A DNA stretch of 64,000 nt from Clostridiales bacterium (GCA_022799115.1 JAAWNT010000010.1:20412-84411), one strand, 5' to 3'; numbered from the stretch's first letter, positions 48,988 through 58,545 are shown. Numbers and translations: made by a program. Notes: generated from the letters alone by a model not told the origin.

Positions 48988-50040
48988 TTACCACACTTCG
49001 GTAATGACCTTGTTTTCTTCCGCAGAGCGGAACACCGCTTCCATCAGCTTCATCACATCCAGAAGCTGCGGGTGGGTAACGGCGGCTTGCTCCTGTTTTC
49101 TGGCGGCCTGAATGGCATTGCGATAGAAATCTTTTACGTCGGCCTGTATCTTTGGCAGGGGATATTCCCGGATGGTTTCGTCGGTGCGGGGGGCCATTGT
49201 TTTGGTGAGTCCCGCCGCAGTTACCACCGGAACCGCATCCCTCTTTTCCCAATCCGATACCATCACCAGCTTGCCGGAAAGGTCCCAGTCCTCGATGACG
49301 GCGGTTCCGTTTTCCCCTTGAATGTACCAACGGGGCAGATTGATAAAGTTGCTGGTACCCACCTCCACAAGACAGCTCAGTCCGCTTTCGTACAGAAGCT
49401 GGATTTGGAAACCGTCGTCCACCTCCTCATTGGTCACATGGGAAAGAACGGCGTAAACCGATTTGGGCTTTTCTGGAATCAGCATCATGATCTGATCCAA
49501 CAAATGGACTCCCCAATCCAGCACCATACCTCCTCCGTGCTGTTTGGTGTTTCTCCAGTCGCCCGGGATGCCCCGCGAGCCGTGAACCCGGGATTCGATG
49601 CGGAACACTTTACCCAGCGTCTGCCGGTCATAGAGCTGCTTTGCAATGAGAAAATCCTCGTCCCAGCGCCGGTTTTGGTGAACCGTAAACAGCACCTGGT
49701 TGCGGGCGGAAGCTGCAATCATCTCCCGAAGCTCCCCGCTGCCTAGCGCCACAGGCTTTTCACAAATCACATTTTTTCCCGCGTCCATGGCCTTTATGGA
49801 GAGCTCTTTGTGCAAATCGTTGGGCGCCGCCACAATCACCAGCTCCACCGTCGGGTCGTTTAACAGCTCCTCGTAGGAGCCGTAGGGACGGATTCCCGCC
49901 CTTGCCGCCGCCTTACATCGAGAAGGATCAATGTCGTAGATTCCACTAACCTGAACCTGAGGCATGGATTTAAGCAGCTTCGCGTGCCAACTGCCCATAC
50001 CGCCATAACCGACAATGGCGAAGTTTGCCGTTTTCTCCAT
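48988..50040 (-). CDS. Gfo/Idh/MocA-family NAD(P)-dependent oxidoreductase
   Basis: N-terminal Rossmann AIVGYGGMGSWH and EKP motif. Start at MEKTANF with SD AAGGAGGAG. Last gene of the 6-gene minus-strand cluster. Confidence 0.85.
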   Translation of the reverse strand: MEKTANFAIVGYGGMGSWHAKLLKSMPQVQVSGIYDIDPSRCKAAARAGIRPYGSYEELLNDPTVELVIVAAPNDLHKELSIKAMDAGKNVICEKPVALGSGELREMIAASARNQVLFTVHQNRRWDEDFLIAKQLYDRQTLGKVFRIESRVHGSRGIPGDWRNTKQHGGGMVLDWGVHLLDQIMMLIPEKPKSVYAVLSHVTNEEVDDGFQIQLLYESGLSCLVEVGTSNFINLPRWYIQGENGTAVIEDWDLSGKLVMVSDWEKRDAVPVVTAAGLTKTMAPRTDETIREYPLPKIQADVKDFYRNAIQAARKQEQAAVTHPQLLDVMKLMEAVFRSAEENKVITEVW

Positions 50041-50054
50041 GGTTTTCTCCTCCT

Positions 50055-51020
50055 TTACGCCCACCACATGTCGCCCACCTTTTCCACAGTAATCACCTGC
50101 TTGAGAAACTCCACCGCCTTGGTCAGTCCCTCGTTTTGACTCATCAGACTGTCCTCATGCTCAATGCTGATCGCGTAATCGTATCCCACCATGCGCAGCG
50201 CGCTGATGATATCCTTCCAATAAAGAAGGTCGTTGCCGTACCCCACGCTGCGGAAAATCCAGGAGCGGTGGAGCTCGTCGCTGTAATGCTTGGTGTCCAG
50301 CACTCCATTGACTGCGGTATTATAAGCGTCTATGCGGGTATCCTTGGCGTGGAAATGAAAAATAGCGTCGCCCAAGCGTTTGATGACCGCCACCGGATCC
50401 ATTCCCTGCCAGATTAAATGGCTGGGATCCAGGTTGGCCCCGATTTCCTCTCCCACCGCATCCCGCAGTTTGAGCAGAGATTCGGTGTTGTACACGCAAA
50501 ATCCAGGATGCAGCTCCAGGGCGATTTTATTCACTCCGTGCTGTTTTGCGAAGGAAACCAGCTCCTTCCAATAGGGAATGAGCACCTTCTCCCACTGCCA
50601 GCGCAGTACCTCGGTAAAGTCGTCCGGCCACGGGCAGGTCACCCAGTTTGGGTGGAGGGAATGCTCACAGTCGCCGGGACAGCCGGAAAAGGTATTGATC
50701 TGGTGCAGCCCCAGCTTTTCAGCCAGTAAAACGGCGTCTCGGATATTTTTGTCGTAGGCAGCCGCGATCTCCTTTTGCGGATGGATCGGGTTACCGTGGC
50801 AGCTCAACGCGCTGATCTCCATGCCGTGCTGCCGGATTGCACGGGAGAACCGATTGCGCGCATCTTCATCGTTCAATAAGACGTCGGGATCCGCGTGGGC
50901 GTTTCCCGGCGTGCCGCCGCAGCCGATCTCCACCATCTGGATTCCCAGGGATTGGAAATAGTCGAGCGCCTTTTCCAAAGGGAGGTTGCTGAGCAGACAG
51001 GTAAAAACACCTAGTTTCAT
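50055..51020 (-). CDS. sugar phosphate isomerase/epimerase (xylose-isomerase-like TIM barrel)
   Basis: AP-endonuclease-2/xylose-isomerase-like TIM barrel (HPGF..., metal-binding E/D/H pattern). Start at MKLGVFT with SD AAAGGAAG. Confidence 0.8.
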   Translation of the reverse strand: MKLGVFTCLLSNLPLEKALDYFQSLGIQMVEIGCGGTPGNAHADPDVLLNDEDARNRFSRAIRQHGMEISALSCHGNPIHPQKEIAAAYDKNIRDAVLLAEKLGLHQINTFSGCPGDCEHSLHPNWVTCPWPDDFTEVLRWQWEKVLIPYWKELVSFAKQHGVNKIALELHPGFCVYNTESLLKLRDAVGEEIGANLDPSHLIWQGMDPVAVIKRLGDAIFHFHAKDTRIDAYNTAVNGVLDTKHYSDELHRSWIFRSVGYGNDLLYWKDIISALRMVGYDYAISIEHEDSLMSQNEGLTKAVEFLKQVITVEKVGDMWWA

Positions 51021-51103
51021 AGGACATCTTCCTTTCATTTGGAACAATAATCATCGAATAAAAACCCATCCTATCGGGAGCTGTAGTCCATTGGGTTAAG
51101 CAA

Positions 51104-51835
51104 TTAAAAGGAATAACGGGTTTTCAGGTTTTGGATACTGCGCACCATATCGGACAGGCCGTCGGGAACCGGATTGTCGTTTTCCACAATCACCCAGTCA
51201 AGCCCGATTTCCGCAGCGGCATCCAGAATGGACTGGATGTGGTTGCAGCCCTCTCCAATGGCGCAGGGAACGCCGCTGGAGTTTCCGTCCTTGAGGTGCA
51301 GCAGCCCAATCCGAGAGGCGTTTTCCCGCAGATACTCCCCCGCGTCCACGCCGCTGTGGAAAGCCCAGTAGGAGTCCAGCTCCAATGGGCTGCAGCGTTT
51401 GATTGCATCGATGGGACGAATCCCCATTTGCTCTACAAATTCGTGGGAATGATTGTGGTACATTACTTCAATCCCGTATTGTGCAGCCTGTTGTCTTGAC
51501 CGGATTAAGAGGCGTTCAATACGGTCGAGCTCCTCTGGGGATCCGGTCTCTGCGAAGGCGCACACCAGCGCCCTGCTGCCCAATTCCCGATGGTAGAGAA
51601 GAAGCTCCTCCAGCCGGTTTTCCAAGTCGTCCATGCTTTGATGGGCCGCCAACGGCGTAAGGTTCAATCGGTGAAGCGCCTGCTTTAACGTTGGGGCGTC
51701 CAGTCCGAAGACGCCCGCAAACTCCACGCCGTCGTAGCCTGCTTCTTTTACCTTCTCCAATACGGACAGCAGTTCTTCCCCTGTGTTGCAGTGTTCCCGC
51801 AGGGTATATAGTTGTATGGCAATTTTCATATTCAT
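51104..51835 (-). CDS. sugar phosphate isomerase/epimerase (xylose-isomerase-like TIM barrel)
   Basis: MKIAIQLYTLRE...GYDGVEF is a typical IolI/IolE-like TIM-barrel N-terminus; 243 aa. Confidence 0.8.
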   Translation of the reverse strand: MNMKIAIQLYTLREHCNTGEELLSVLEKVKEAGYDGVEFAGVFGLDAPTLKQALHRLNLTPLAAHQSMDDLENRLEELLLYHRELGSRALVCAFAETGSPEELDRIERLLIRSRQQAAQYGIEVMYHNHSHEFVEQMGIRPIDAIKRCSPLELDSYWAFHSGVDAGEYLRENASRIGLLHLKDGNSSGVPCAIGEGCNHIQSILDAAAEIGLDWVIVENDNPVPDGLSDMVRSIQNLKTRYSF

Positions 51836-51839
51836 TCTC

Positions 51840-52628
51840 CTATAGAATCATCGGGCGAAGGTATTGGATGGTGTAATCCAGGCCCTTCTCTCCCAGCTGT
51901 TTTCTCCAAACCCTGGAATGGGGCTCTATGCTCAGCAGGCCGTTATAGCCCACCGCGTAAAGCACGGAGAAAAAAGCCCCCCAATTGGTGCTGTCCAAAC
52001 CGGCGGGCGGATCGTCGAAACGCTCTCCTCCAATGGACAGGGCGCCCTTGATATGCACATGATAAAAACGAGATCCCCAGTCCTTCGCCTCTTGTAAGTA
52101 ATCGCCGCCGTCGTAGATACAGTGGGAACTATCGTATTTAATGCCCAGCTGTTTTAGATGACCATGGACCAGCTTCCACTGTTCCGGCGTGCATATATAG
52201 TTGTTCCAGCGGCAATTGTATACCGCAATGCGAACCCCTTTTTGCTCTCCATATTCCACCAACTTTTGCAAATAATCCATGGCCCGGCTGATATTTTCAT
52301 AATAGGAGAGCTGCTCCACAAAATTCACGCCGGTATGAAACACCTTGCATCCCAAACGGGACGCCGCGTCGATCAGACAACGATTGTTTTGCAATTCCTC
52401 TTCTATGACGGTTCCCCCGGCGTCCAGCTTATCGGAGCCCCAGCGGCCGATGGAACCCACGGCCACCCCATACTTTTTTACATATTCCTCAAGCTCCTCC
52501 ACCCGTTGGGAAAACTGCCTGCAATCCTGTCCGATATTGATGCAGAATTCCACAAAGGACAGCCCTTTTTTCTGAGCCATTTGAAAGGATTGTTCCACCG
52601 GATCCGCGATAATCCCCAGCTTCATTGC
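51840..52628 (-). CDS. sugar phosphate isomerase/epimerase (xylose-isomerase-like TIM barrel)
   Basis: MKLGIIADP...GLSFVEF. Start at the internal Met adjacent to the stop of the upstream Gfo gene; the ORF-track N-terminal extension is rejected. Confidence 0.75.
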   Translation of the reverse strand, partial: AMKLGIIADPVEQSFQMAQKKGLSFVEFCINIGQDCRQFSQRVEELEEYVKKYGVAVGSIGRWGSDKLDAGGTVIEEELQNNRCLIDAASRLGCKVFHTGVNFVEQLSYYENISRAMDYLQKLVEYGEQKGVRIAVYNCRWNNYICTPEQWKLVHGHLKQLGIKYDSSHCIYDGGDYLQEAKDWGSRFYHVHIKGALSIGGERFDDPPAGLDSTNWGAFFSVLYAVGYNGLLSIEPHSRVWRKQLGEKGLDYTIQYLRPMIL

Positions 52629-52630
52629 TT

Positions 52631-53722
52631 TTACACTCCTTCTGAAAACAGGATGGGTTTTCCCTCTTTTGCCGATTGATAGATGGCTTCCAAAATCTGA
52701 GTGACCACCAGCGCCTGCTCCGGTTTCACCACCACGTCTCCGCCGGTTTTCACCGCATTGATCCACATCCTGGCTTCTACATCCTCCGGATTCTCTCCAT
52801 TGGCATCAAAATAATCAACGCCCGCGCCCCCAAAGTTGGGGATTTCCACGCATTGCTTGTTATACTTTACATAGTTCAGGCGAAGGCCGTCCTTCATATC
52901 CGCACCCGCACGGGTCCCGCACAGGGAGGTTCTTGCTTCTCCCACATCCAGTGTGTTGAGGGCCCAGCTGGATTCCAGCACCACGGTGGCGCCGTCCTCC
53001 ATCACGATATATCCGAATGCGGAATCCTCCACCGTAAATTGTTCCGGATCCCAATCCCCCCAAATGTTGGCGGTTTCGGTCTGCTGTCCCAGCTTTTTAT
53101 AGGCGCTGCCCATCACCATTTTGGGGCGGTAGTTGTTCATCATCCACAGTGTAAGATCCAGAGCGTGGGTGCCAATGTCGATCAGCGGACCGCCTCCCTG
53201 CTCGTATTCATTGAGAAATACTCCCCAAGTGGGAACCGCCCTGCGCCGCAGGGCGTGGGCTTTGGCGTAGTAGATTTCTCCCAGCTCTCCGTTTTCACAG
53301 GCCCGCTTTAAATACCAGGAGTCGGGACGATAACGATTTTGGTATCCGATTGTCAGTTTTTTACCTGTACGGCGGGCGGCGTCCACCATAGCCTTGGCTT
53401 CGGCAGCGGTTTTGGCCATGGGCTTTTCACACATCACATGCTTGCCCGCTTCCAGGCTGTCTACCGTTATGAAGCTGTGTTCCCGATTGGGCGTCAGCAC
53501 ATGTACCACATCAATATCCGGCTGCTTGAGCAACTGTTTATAATCGGCGTATACCTTTGCCTCCGGCGTGCCGAACTCCCGGGCAGCTTTGGCGGCGCGC
53601 TCTTCGATGACGTCGCAAAAGGCCACCATCTCCACATCCAAAAGCTTGTGAAGGGCGGGCATGTGCTTGCTGTTGGCAATCCCGCCGCATCCGATGATTC
53701 CTACCTTTATTATCTGATCCAT
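52631..53722 (-). CDS. Gfo/Idh/MocA-family NAD(P)-dependent oxidoreductase
   Basis: VGIIGCGGIANSKH Rossmann motif, EKP motif, C-terminal alpha/beta domain; 363 aa. Confidence 0.85.
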   Translation of the reverse strand: MDQIIKVGIIGCGGIANSKHMPALHKLLDVEMVAFCDVIEERAAKAAREFGTPEAKVYADYKQLLKQPDIDVVHVLTPNREHSFITVDSLEAGKHVMCEKPMAKTAAEAKAMVDAARRTGKKLTIGYQNRYRPDSWYLKRACENGELGEIYYAKAHALRRRAVPTWGVFLNEYEQGGGPLIDIGTHALDLTLWMMNNYRPKMVMGSAYKKLGQQTETANIWGDWDPEQFTVEDSAFGYIVMEDGATVVLESSWALNTLDVGEARTSLCGTRAGADMKDGLRLNYVKYNKQCVEIPNFGGAGVDYFDANGENPEDVEARMWINAVKTGGDVVVKPEQALVVTQILEAIYQSAKEGKPILFSEGV

Positions 53723-53889
53723 AGACTTCCTCCAAATTGTTTCGATTTCTCTTTCTTATTTTGACGCTGCCGGTTGTTGGGCGCATCTGTCTGGCGGTTT
53801 TATGAAACCGGCTTTCCGCCGACCTCTAAAGCCGCGACACAAACGCGGCGTTTCTTTTCCCAATCATTATCTATAAACGCATTATTTCG

Positions 53890-54903
53890 CTATTCTATAT
53901 TCTGTTCTCTCAGGGAACGCGTGGTCTCCCGCAGCACCAGCTGATGGGGAAGGATCACCAACCGATTGCCGGTGTTTTTGTTTGTAATCTTTTCTAAAAG
54001 CAAGGTCATCGCCTGCTCTCCCATCTGTCTTCTGGGCTGGGATACTGTGCTGAGAGACGGAGTAATCATTTTGGCAAGGCTCGTGTTGTCAAAGCCGAAC
54101 ACGTCCACATCGTTTCCCGGACGCATCCCCTTCTCATTAAGTACCTTCACTACGCCGGCCGCCAGCTCGTCGGAAATGGCGAAAATCGCTGTAGGGGGAT
54201 CTTTTATCCGCATCAACTTTTTTGCCGCCGACACCCCCGCCTGAAAGGTGTATTCCGTCGGCACTATGAATTCCGTCTTGACAGGAAGACCGCACGCGGT
54301 TAACGCATCCAAATACCCTTGCGTGCGCTGCCGTGCGGAGTATACCGATTCATTCGTGATTAAGGCGATTCTCTTATGCCCTCTTTTTATGAGGTATTCC
54401 ACCGCCTCCCGGCCCGCTTGGTAATTATCAATGGTCACTGCGGAAAGCTGAGCGCCCTGGGTGTATTCGCAGCACATAACCAGCGGCTTCTCCCGGGCAA
54501 TCCCGCTGAGCTGGTCTGCGCTGAGTTTCGAGCTAAGGAGCACAACGCCATCCACGCTCCTGCTGTAAAGCATGGAGAGCAGCTCCCGCTCGGTTTCCTC
54601 CCTGGAATAGGTGGATGAGGTCAACACCTGATAGGCTTGCTTACGGGCCACCGTTTCCATCCCCCGAATGACAGAGGCATAAAATTGGTTGGACAGAGAC
54701 GGCGCCAACACCAACACTTTTCGGGTGGCGCTGGTACGCAAATTACGCCCTAATACGTTCGGAGTGTATCCCATCTGTTTGACCACCTCCAGAACATGCT
54801 GTTTGGTGGCCGGCGACACCTTATCCTCCCCGTTGAGAACACGGGAAACCGTTGCTACGGAAACCCCGGCTTCTTTTGCCACTTGTTTGATGGTTGGGAT
54901 CAT
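53890..54903 (-). CDS. LacI-family transcriptional regulator
   Basis: N-terminal HTH MIPTIKQVAKEAGVSVATVSRVLNG and a periplasmic-binding-protein-like effector domain. Start at MIPTIKQ with SD GGAGGTG. Confidence 0.88.
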   Translation of the reverse strand: MIPTIKQVAKEAGVSVATVSRVLNGEDKVSPATKQHVLEVVKQMGYTPNVLGRNLRTSATRKVLVLAPSLSNQFYASVIRGMETVARKQAYQVLTSSTYSREETERELLSMLYSRSVDGVVLLSSKLSADQLSGIAREKPLVMCCEYTQGAQLSAVTIDNYQAGREAVEYLIKRGHKRIALITNESVYSARQRTQGYLDALTACGLPVKTEFIVPTEYTFQAGVSAAKKLMRIKDPPTAIFAISDELAAGVVKVLNEKGMRPGNDVDVFGFDNTSLAKMITPSLSTVSQPRRQMGEQAMTLLLEKITNKNTGNRLVILPHQLVLRETTRSLREQNIE

Positions 54904-54914
54904 TTCCACCTCCT

Positions 54915-54928
54915 TGTAAACGATTACA
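54915..54928. promoter_or_regulatory. cre-like / LacI-family operator palindrome in lacI-like gene 5' UTR
   Basis: TGTAAACGATTACA matches the cre consensus TGWAANCGNTNWCA exactly; it sits immediately upstream of the SD of the LacI-family gene. Confidence 0.55.
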
Positions 54929-55258
54929 TTCATTATTATAAACAATAAAGAAAGAAATTCAATAGCAGATATAGCTATTATCCCCTCTAATTTTTTAGTT
55001 GTTTCAGACAAGGAGCTCCCACGCTACGTCCTGTTTTCTCTGATTGCTCCGCGGCGTCCGCTTTTTCTTGTTTTGATCCGGGTTGGACAGCATCGGGAAC
55101 GGATTGTTTGTCGTTTTTTCTCCCACTTGCCAAAGATAGCCTTACACAAAATCAAAAGGCCGCCGCATCATTCCTGATAAAACCATCTTTTTTTCCTGCA
55201 ATCGCTGGTATGATATGCGTAAAAAACAAGCTGCTGCAACCTTTCTTTATGGAATATC

Positions 55259-55301
55259 TTGACTTTAAGTATAGTTTGTATTATTATCAATAATACAAAC
55301 T
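55259..55301 (+). promoter_or_regulatory. promoter plus perfect palindromic operator of ABC exporter operon 2
   Basis: TTGACT, 17 nt spacer, TATTAT. Perfect 13-bp inverted repeat AGTTTGTATTATTatcAATAATACAAACT (55273-55301) overlaps the -10. It shares the TGTATTATT half-site with the operon-1 promoter at 18348. Confidence 0.6.
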
Positions 55302-55326
55302 CACAGCAGCAAAAGGAGGAATCGGT

Positions 55327-56040
55327 ATGCTGGAAATTAAACAGCTCAGTAAAACCTATAAGGGTGGAAAAAGAGCCGTGGACAGACTCTCGCTCAAGGT
55401 GGAGGCCGGGGATATCTTCGGCTTTATCGGACACAACGGCGCAGGGAAAACCACCACCATACGGGCCATTGTGGGAATCATGGATTTTGAAGAGGGTGAA
55501 ATTTACATCAACGGTCTGTCGGTAAAGCAGAACCCTGTGGAGTGTAAAAAGATCACCGCCTATATCCCCGATAATCCCGATCTTTATGAACATCTGACCG
55601 GCATTCAGTATCTTACCTTTGTCAGCGATATCTACAGCGTAAACAAACAGACCCGAGAAGCACGCATTAAGGAATATGCCGATCGTCTGGAGATCACTTC
55701 CAATCTTGGGGATCTTATCTCCTCTTACTCCCATGGGATGAAGCAAAAGCTAGCCGTTATTTCGGCTCTGGTGCACCAACCCAAACTATTGGTGTTGGAC
55801 GAACCCTTCGTGGGGTTGGATCCCAAAGCGGCCCACACCCTGAAAACGATCATGCACGAGCTCTGTCAGCGCGGAAGCGCCATTTTTTTCTCCACCCATG
55901 TGCTGGACGTGGCGGAAAAGCTGTGCAATAAAATCGCCATCATCAAGGATGGCAAGCTGGTGGCCTGTGGAAGCACCGAAGAGGTACGCGGGACCAGCAG
56001 CCTGGAAGATGTATTTTTGGAGTTGATCGATCATGAGTAA
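55327..56040 (+). CDS. ABC transporter ATP-binding protein
   Basis: Walker A GHNGAGKTT, signature YSHGMKQKL, Walker B LLVLDEP; 237 aa. Confidence 0.9.
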   Translation: MLEIKQLSKTYKGGKRAVDRLSLKVEAGDIFGFIGHNGAGKTTTIRAIVGIMDFEEGEIYINGLSVKQNPVECKKITAYIPDNPDLYEHLTGIQYLTFVSDIYSVNKQTREARIKEYADRLEITSNLGDLISSYSHGMKQKLAVISALVHQPKLLVLDEPFVGLDPKAAHTLKTIMHELCQRGSAIFFSTHVLDVAEKLCNKIAIIKDGKLVACGSTEEVRGTSSLEDVFLELIDHE

Positions 56041-57634
56041 ATGCAAACAGCTGGTTAAAGTCTCTTTTCTCAATTCCTTCGGGATCAACCAGGCCCTTCA
56101 TTCTAAAAATCGGAAAGAACGGGCAAAACTGGCAGGGTTTGGCATTCTGTTTGGATTTGTTGCGCTTTCCATGCTGGCGGTCTTTTTTATGTATAGCTAT
56201 GCGCTGGCGGATTCCCTGGAGCAGATGAACGCTTCCCTGCGCATTCTTCCCGCTATGATGATGGCGCTGTGCTGTGTCATCAGTCTGGTGACCACTGTCT
56301 TTAAAACCAATGGGCTGTTGTTTGCTTTTCGCGATTATGATATCCTGATGGCAATGCCCATTAAAACCTCCACGATCGTAACTAGCCGTATTCTCATGCT
56401 GTATGGGACCAATCTATTATTTAACGCTATGGTGATGGTTCCCGCCGTGGCGGTATACTGCCTGAAAACCCAGCCTTCCTTCCTATTTTATCCGGTCTTT
56501 CTGCTCAGTTTGCTCGCCATTCCGTTGATCCCGATTATCGTGGCAACCTTTCTTGGAATTGTAATCCACCTGATTTCCGCTCGTTTCCGTCACTCTTCCC
56601 TGGTGTCTGTCGCGGCGACCATGCTGCTATTGCTGGGGTGCATGGCGCTATCCTTCCAGACGGAAAATCTGCTGTCCAACTTTGGCAACCTCAGTATGGC
56701 CGTGATGGACTCGGTCAACCGTATTTATCCTTTGACGGAGCTGTTCACCCAAGCTGTATGCGACCAAAACTACCTTTCTCTCCTGCTGTTTGTCGGCATC
56801 TCGGCTCTTCTGTTCTTTCTGTATTGCGTGCTGGTGGGCCGCCAGTTCAAGAAAATCAACACCATTCTTACCAGCAAAAAATCCGCCTCTCGTTACCAGG
56901 TACAATCCCTTAAGACCTCCACTCCCCTATGGGCTTTGTACCGAAAGGAGTGGAAGCGGTATCTCTCCTGCTCCATCTATTTTATTAACACCGGGTTTGG
57001 GGCCGTACTCATGATTGCAGCCTGCGCGCTGCTTCTGGTCTTTGATCCCAACGCCCTGGTTGAACAGATGCCGGACATGGATGTGCTGCCCTTGCTGCGC
57101 ACGCTGCTTCCCTATGGTTTTTGTCTGCTGGCAGGCATGTCTTGCAGCACCTGCTCCTCGATTTCGCTGGAGGGCAACAGCTTGTGGATTTTGAAATCTT
57201 TGCCTGTCTCAGCCACCGCTATCTTTTTAAGCAAAGCAGCCGTAAACCTCACCTTTTTATTGCCCAGCATCGCGATAAGCACGGTGTTGGCTTCCATCGC
57301 TTTGGATATGGATCTTTGGCAAAGCCTTGTCCTGTTCTTTTTGCCTGCCGCATATTCCCTCTTTATCTCGCTGTTTGGTCTGCTTACAAACCTTTTCTTC
57401 CCCAATTTCACCTGGAAGGCGGAGGTCAATGTGGTGAAACAAAGCATTCCTGTTTTTATATGTATGCTGACTGGAATGGTGGGCGCGTTTCTCTCCGCTG
57501 TCCCCGTGTTTGTGTTTTCTTCCGTTTCGCCAACTCTCCTTGCAGGGTGCGCTGCGGGTTTCTTCCTTCTGCTGTGCTTGCTGTTATGGAGGATTCTTCA
57601 GACGACGGGAGCGCAGCTTTTACGGGCTATGTAG
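56033..57634 (+). CDS. large polytopic ABC exporter permease (about 12 TM), unknown substrate
   Basis: Start overlaps the ATPase stop. 533 aa, highly hydrophobic throughout, with no soluble domain. Confidence 0.7.
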   Translation: MSKCKQLVKVSFLNSFGINQALHSKNRKERAKLAGFGILFGFVALSMLAVFFMYSYALADSLEQMNASLRILPAMMMALCCVISLVTTVFKTNGLLFAFRDYDILMAMPIKTSTIVTSRILMLYGTNLLFNAMVMVPAVAVYCLKTQPSFLFYPVFLLSLLAIPLIPIIVATFLGIVIHLISARFRHSSLVSVAATMLLLLGCMALSFQTENLLSNFGNLSMAVMDSVNRIYPLTELFTQAVCDQNYLSLLLFVGISALLFFLYCVLVGRQFKKINTILTSKKSASRYQVQSLKTSTPLWALYRKEWKRYLSCSIYFINTGFGAVLMIAACALLLVFDPNALVEQMPDMDVLPLLRTLLPYGFCLLAGMSCSTCSSISLEGNSLWILKSLPVSATAIFLSKAAVNLTFLLPSIAISTVLASIALDMDLWQSLVLFFLPAAYSLFISLFGLLTNLFFPNFTWKAEVNVVKQSIPVFICMLTGMVGAFLSAVPVFVFSSVSPTLLAGCAAGFFLLLCLLLWRILQTTGAQLLRAM

Positions 57635-57669
57635 GGTTGCGCCTGTTTTTTATTCCGCATAATCAGATT

Positions 57670-57718
57670 AAAACACCCGCTTGCCAGCCGTCAAAGGCTT
57701 TCAAGCGGGTGTTTTTTG
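57670..57718. terminator. rho-independent terminator (ABC operon 2 / Spo0A-like gene)
   Basis: AAAACACCCGCTTGccagccgtcaaaggctttCAAGCGGGTGTTTTTTG. Confidence 0.75.
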
Positions 57719-57750
57719 TCGATGTCGACAGCGTCGCTTGCCATTGCAAG

Positions 57751-58503
57751 CTACATTGCGCCGTGTATTTTTACGTATTCCGCCAGCTTGGAAATCATTT
57801 TAAAGTTGCTTAGCTTTTTCGCATCCTTTTCATGACCACTAAAAAATATTTTTAGATACTCCTCGTTGCAAAGCTCACAGATCTGGCTGGTGGCGTTTCT
57901 TAGATTGGATTCCACACACCGCCAGGTGGTATTGTGCTTGACGGCCACGTCTTCGTAAAGGTCCCTAGCGGGATATATTTCGCCTGAATGCTCGATAATC
58001 AGCAGAACTGCGTCGATGAAATAGCTATAGCCCAGTTTATGTACCGGCGCCCCAATCTTTATCACAATTTCACGAACTTGTGAGATCAGACGTTCGCTGG
58101 TTCTCCCGTCCTCGATTCTCATTTCCTGGATGATGGTGCAAATTCTTTCTTTCAGCACTCCGTAATCAATAGGCTTGATAAAACAATACTGGGCCCCCAA
58201 CAAAAAAGCTTCGCTGGCTTCTATTTTGCGGTCCTCCTCCACCAGCAGAATCGTTCTTGGAAACTTTCCGGGCGGCTGTTGGGTCATACGCCGCAAAATC
58301 CCGATTCCATCCAACTCCGCCAAGGTTATATCCATTACAATGATGTCCGGACAAACGCGATAAATTTCATCCAGCGCATGGAAGCCTCCTTGCACTGCCT
58401 CATACAGACAAATTTCCCCGGCTGTTCGGAGTTGGCTAGACAGATTTTGACCGTCTTTGTTTTCATTATCAGCAATCAAAATAGAAATGGGATGGTTATT
58501 CAT
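57751..58503 (-). CDS. Spo0A-like response regulator (REC + divergent Spo0A_C DNA-binding domain)
   Basis: N-terminal REC domain with an acidic pocket (ADNEN) and a phospho-Asp position (IIVMDITLAELDG, cf. Spo0A LDIIMPHLDG). The C-terminal region aligns with Spo0A_C (IGAPVHKLGYSYFIDAV...KHNTTWRCVESNLRNA versus IGVPAHIKGYQYLR...KYNTTASRVERAIRHA) but is clearly diverged. Confidence 0.65.
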   Translation of the reverse strand: MNNHPISILIADNENKDGQNLSSQLRTAGEICLYEAVQGGFHALDEIYRVCPDIIVMDITLAELDGIGILRRMTQQPPGKFPRTILLVEEDRKIEASEAFLLGAQYCFIKPIDYGVLKERICTIIQEMRIEDGRTSERLISQVREIVIKIGAPVHKLGYSYFIDAVLLIIEHSGEIYPARDLYEDVAVKHNTTWRCVESNLRNATSQICELCNEEYLKIFFSGHEKDAKKLSNFKMISKLAEYVKIHGAM

Positions 58504-58545
58504 GGTAAAAAATCACTTCCTCCCGCTACCTCACTGTGCCAGGAA

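Noticed and set aside
55168-55746. 192-aa minus-strand ORF
   Set aside because: It overlaps the promoter and Walker A/signature region of the ABC ATPase gene on the plus strand. Antisense artefact.
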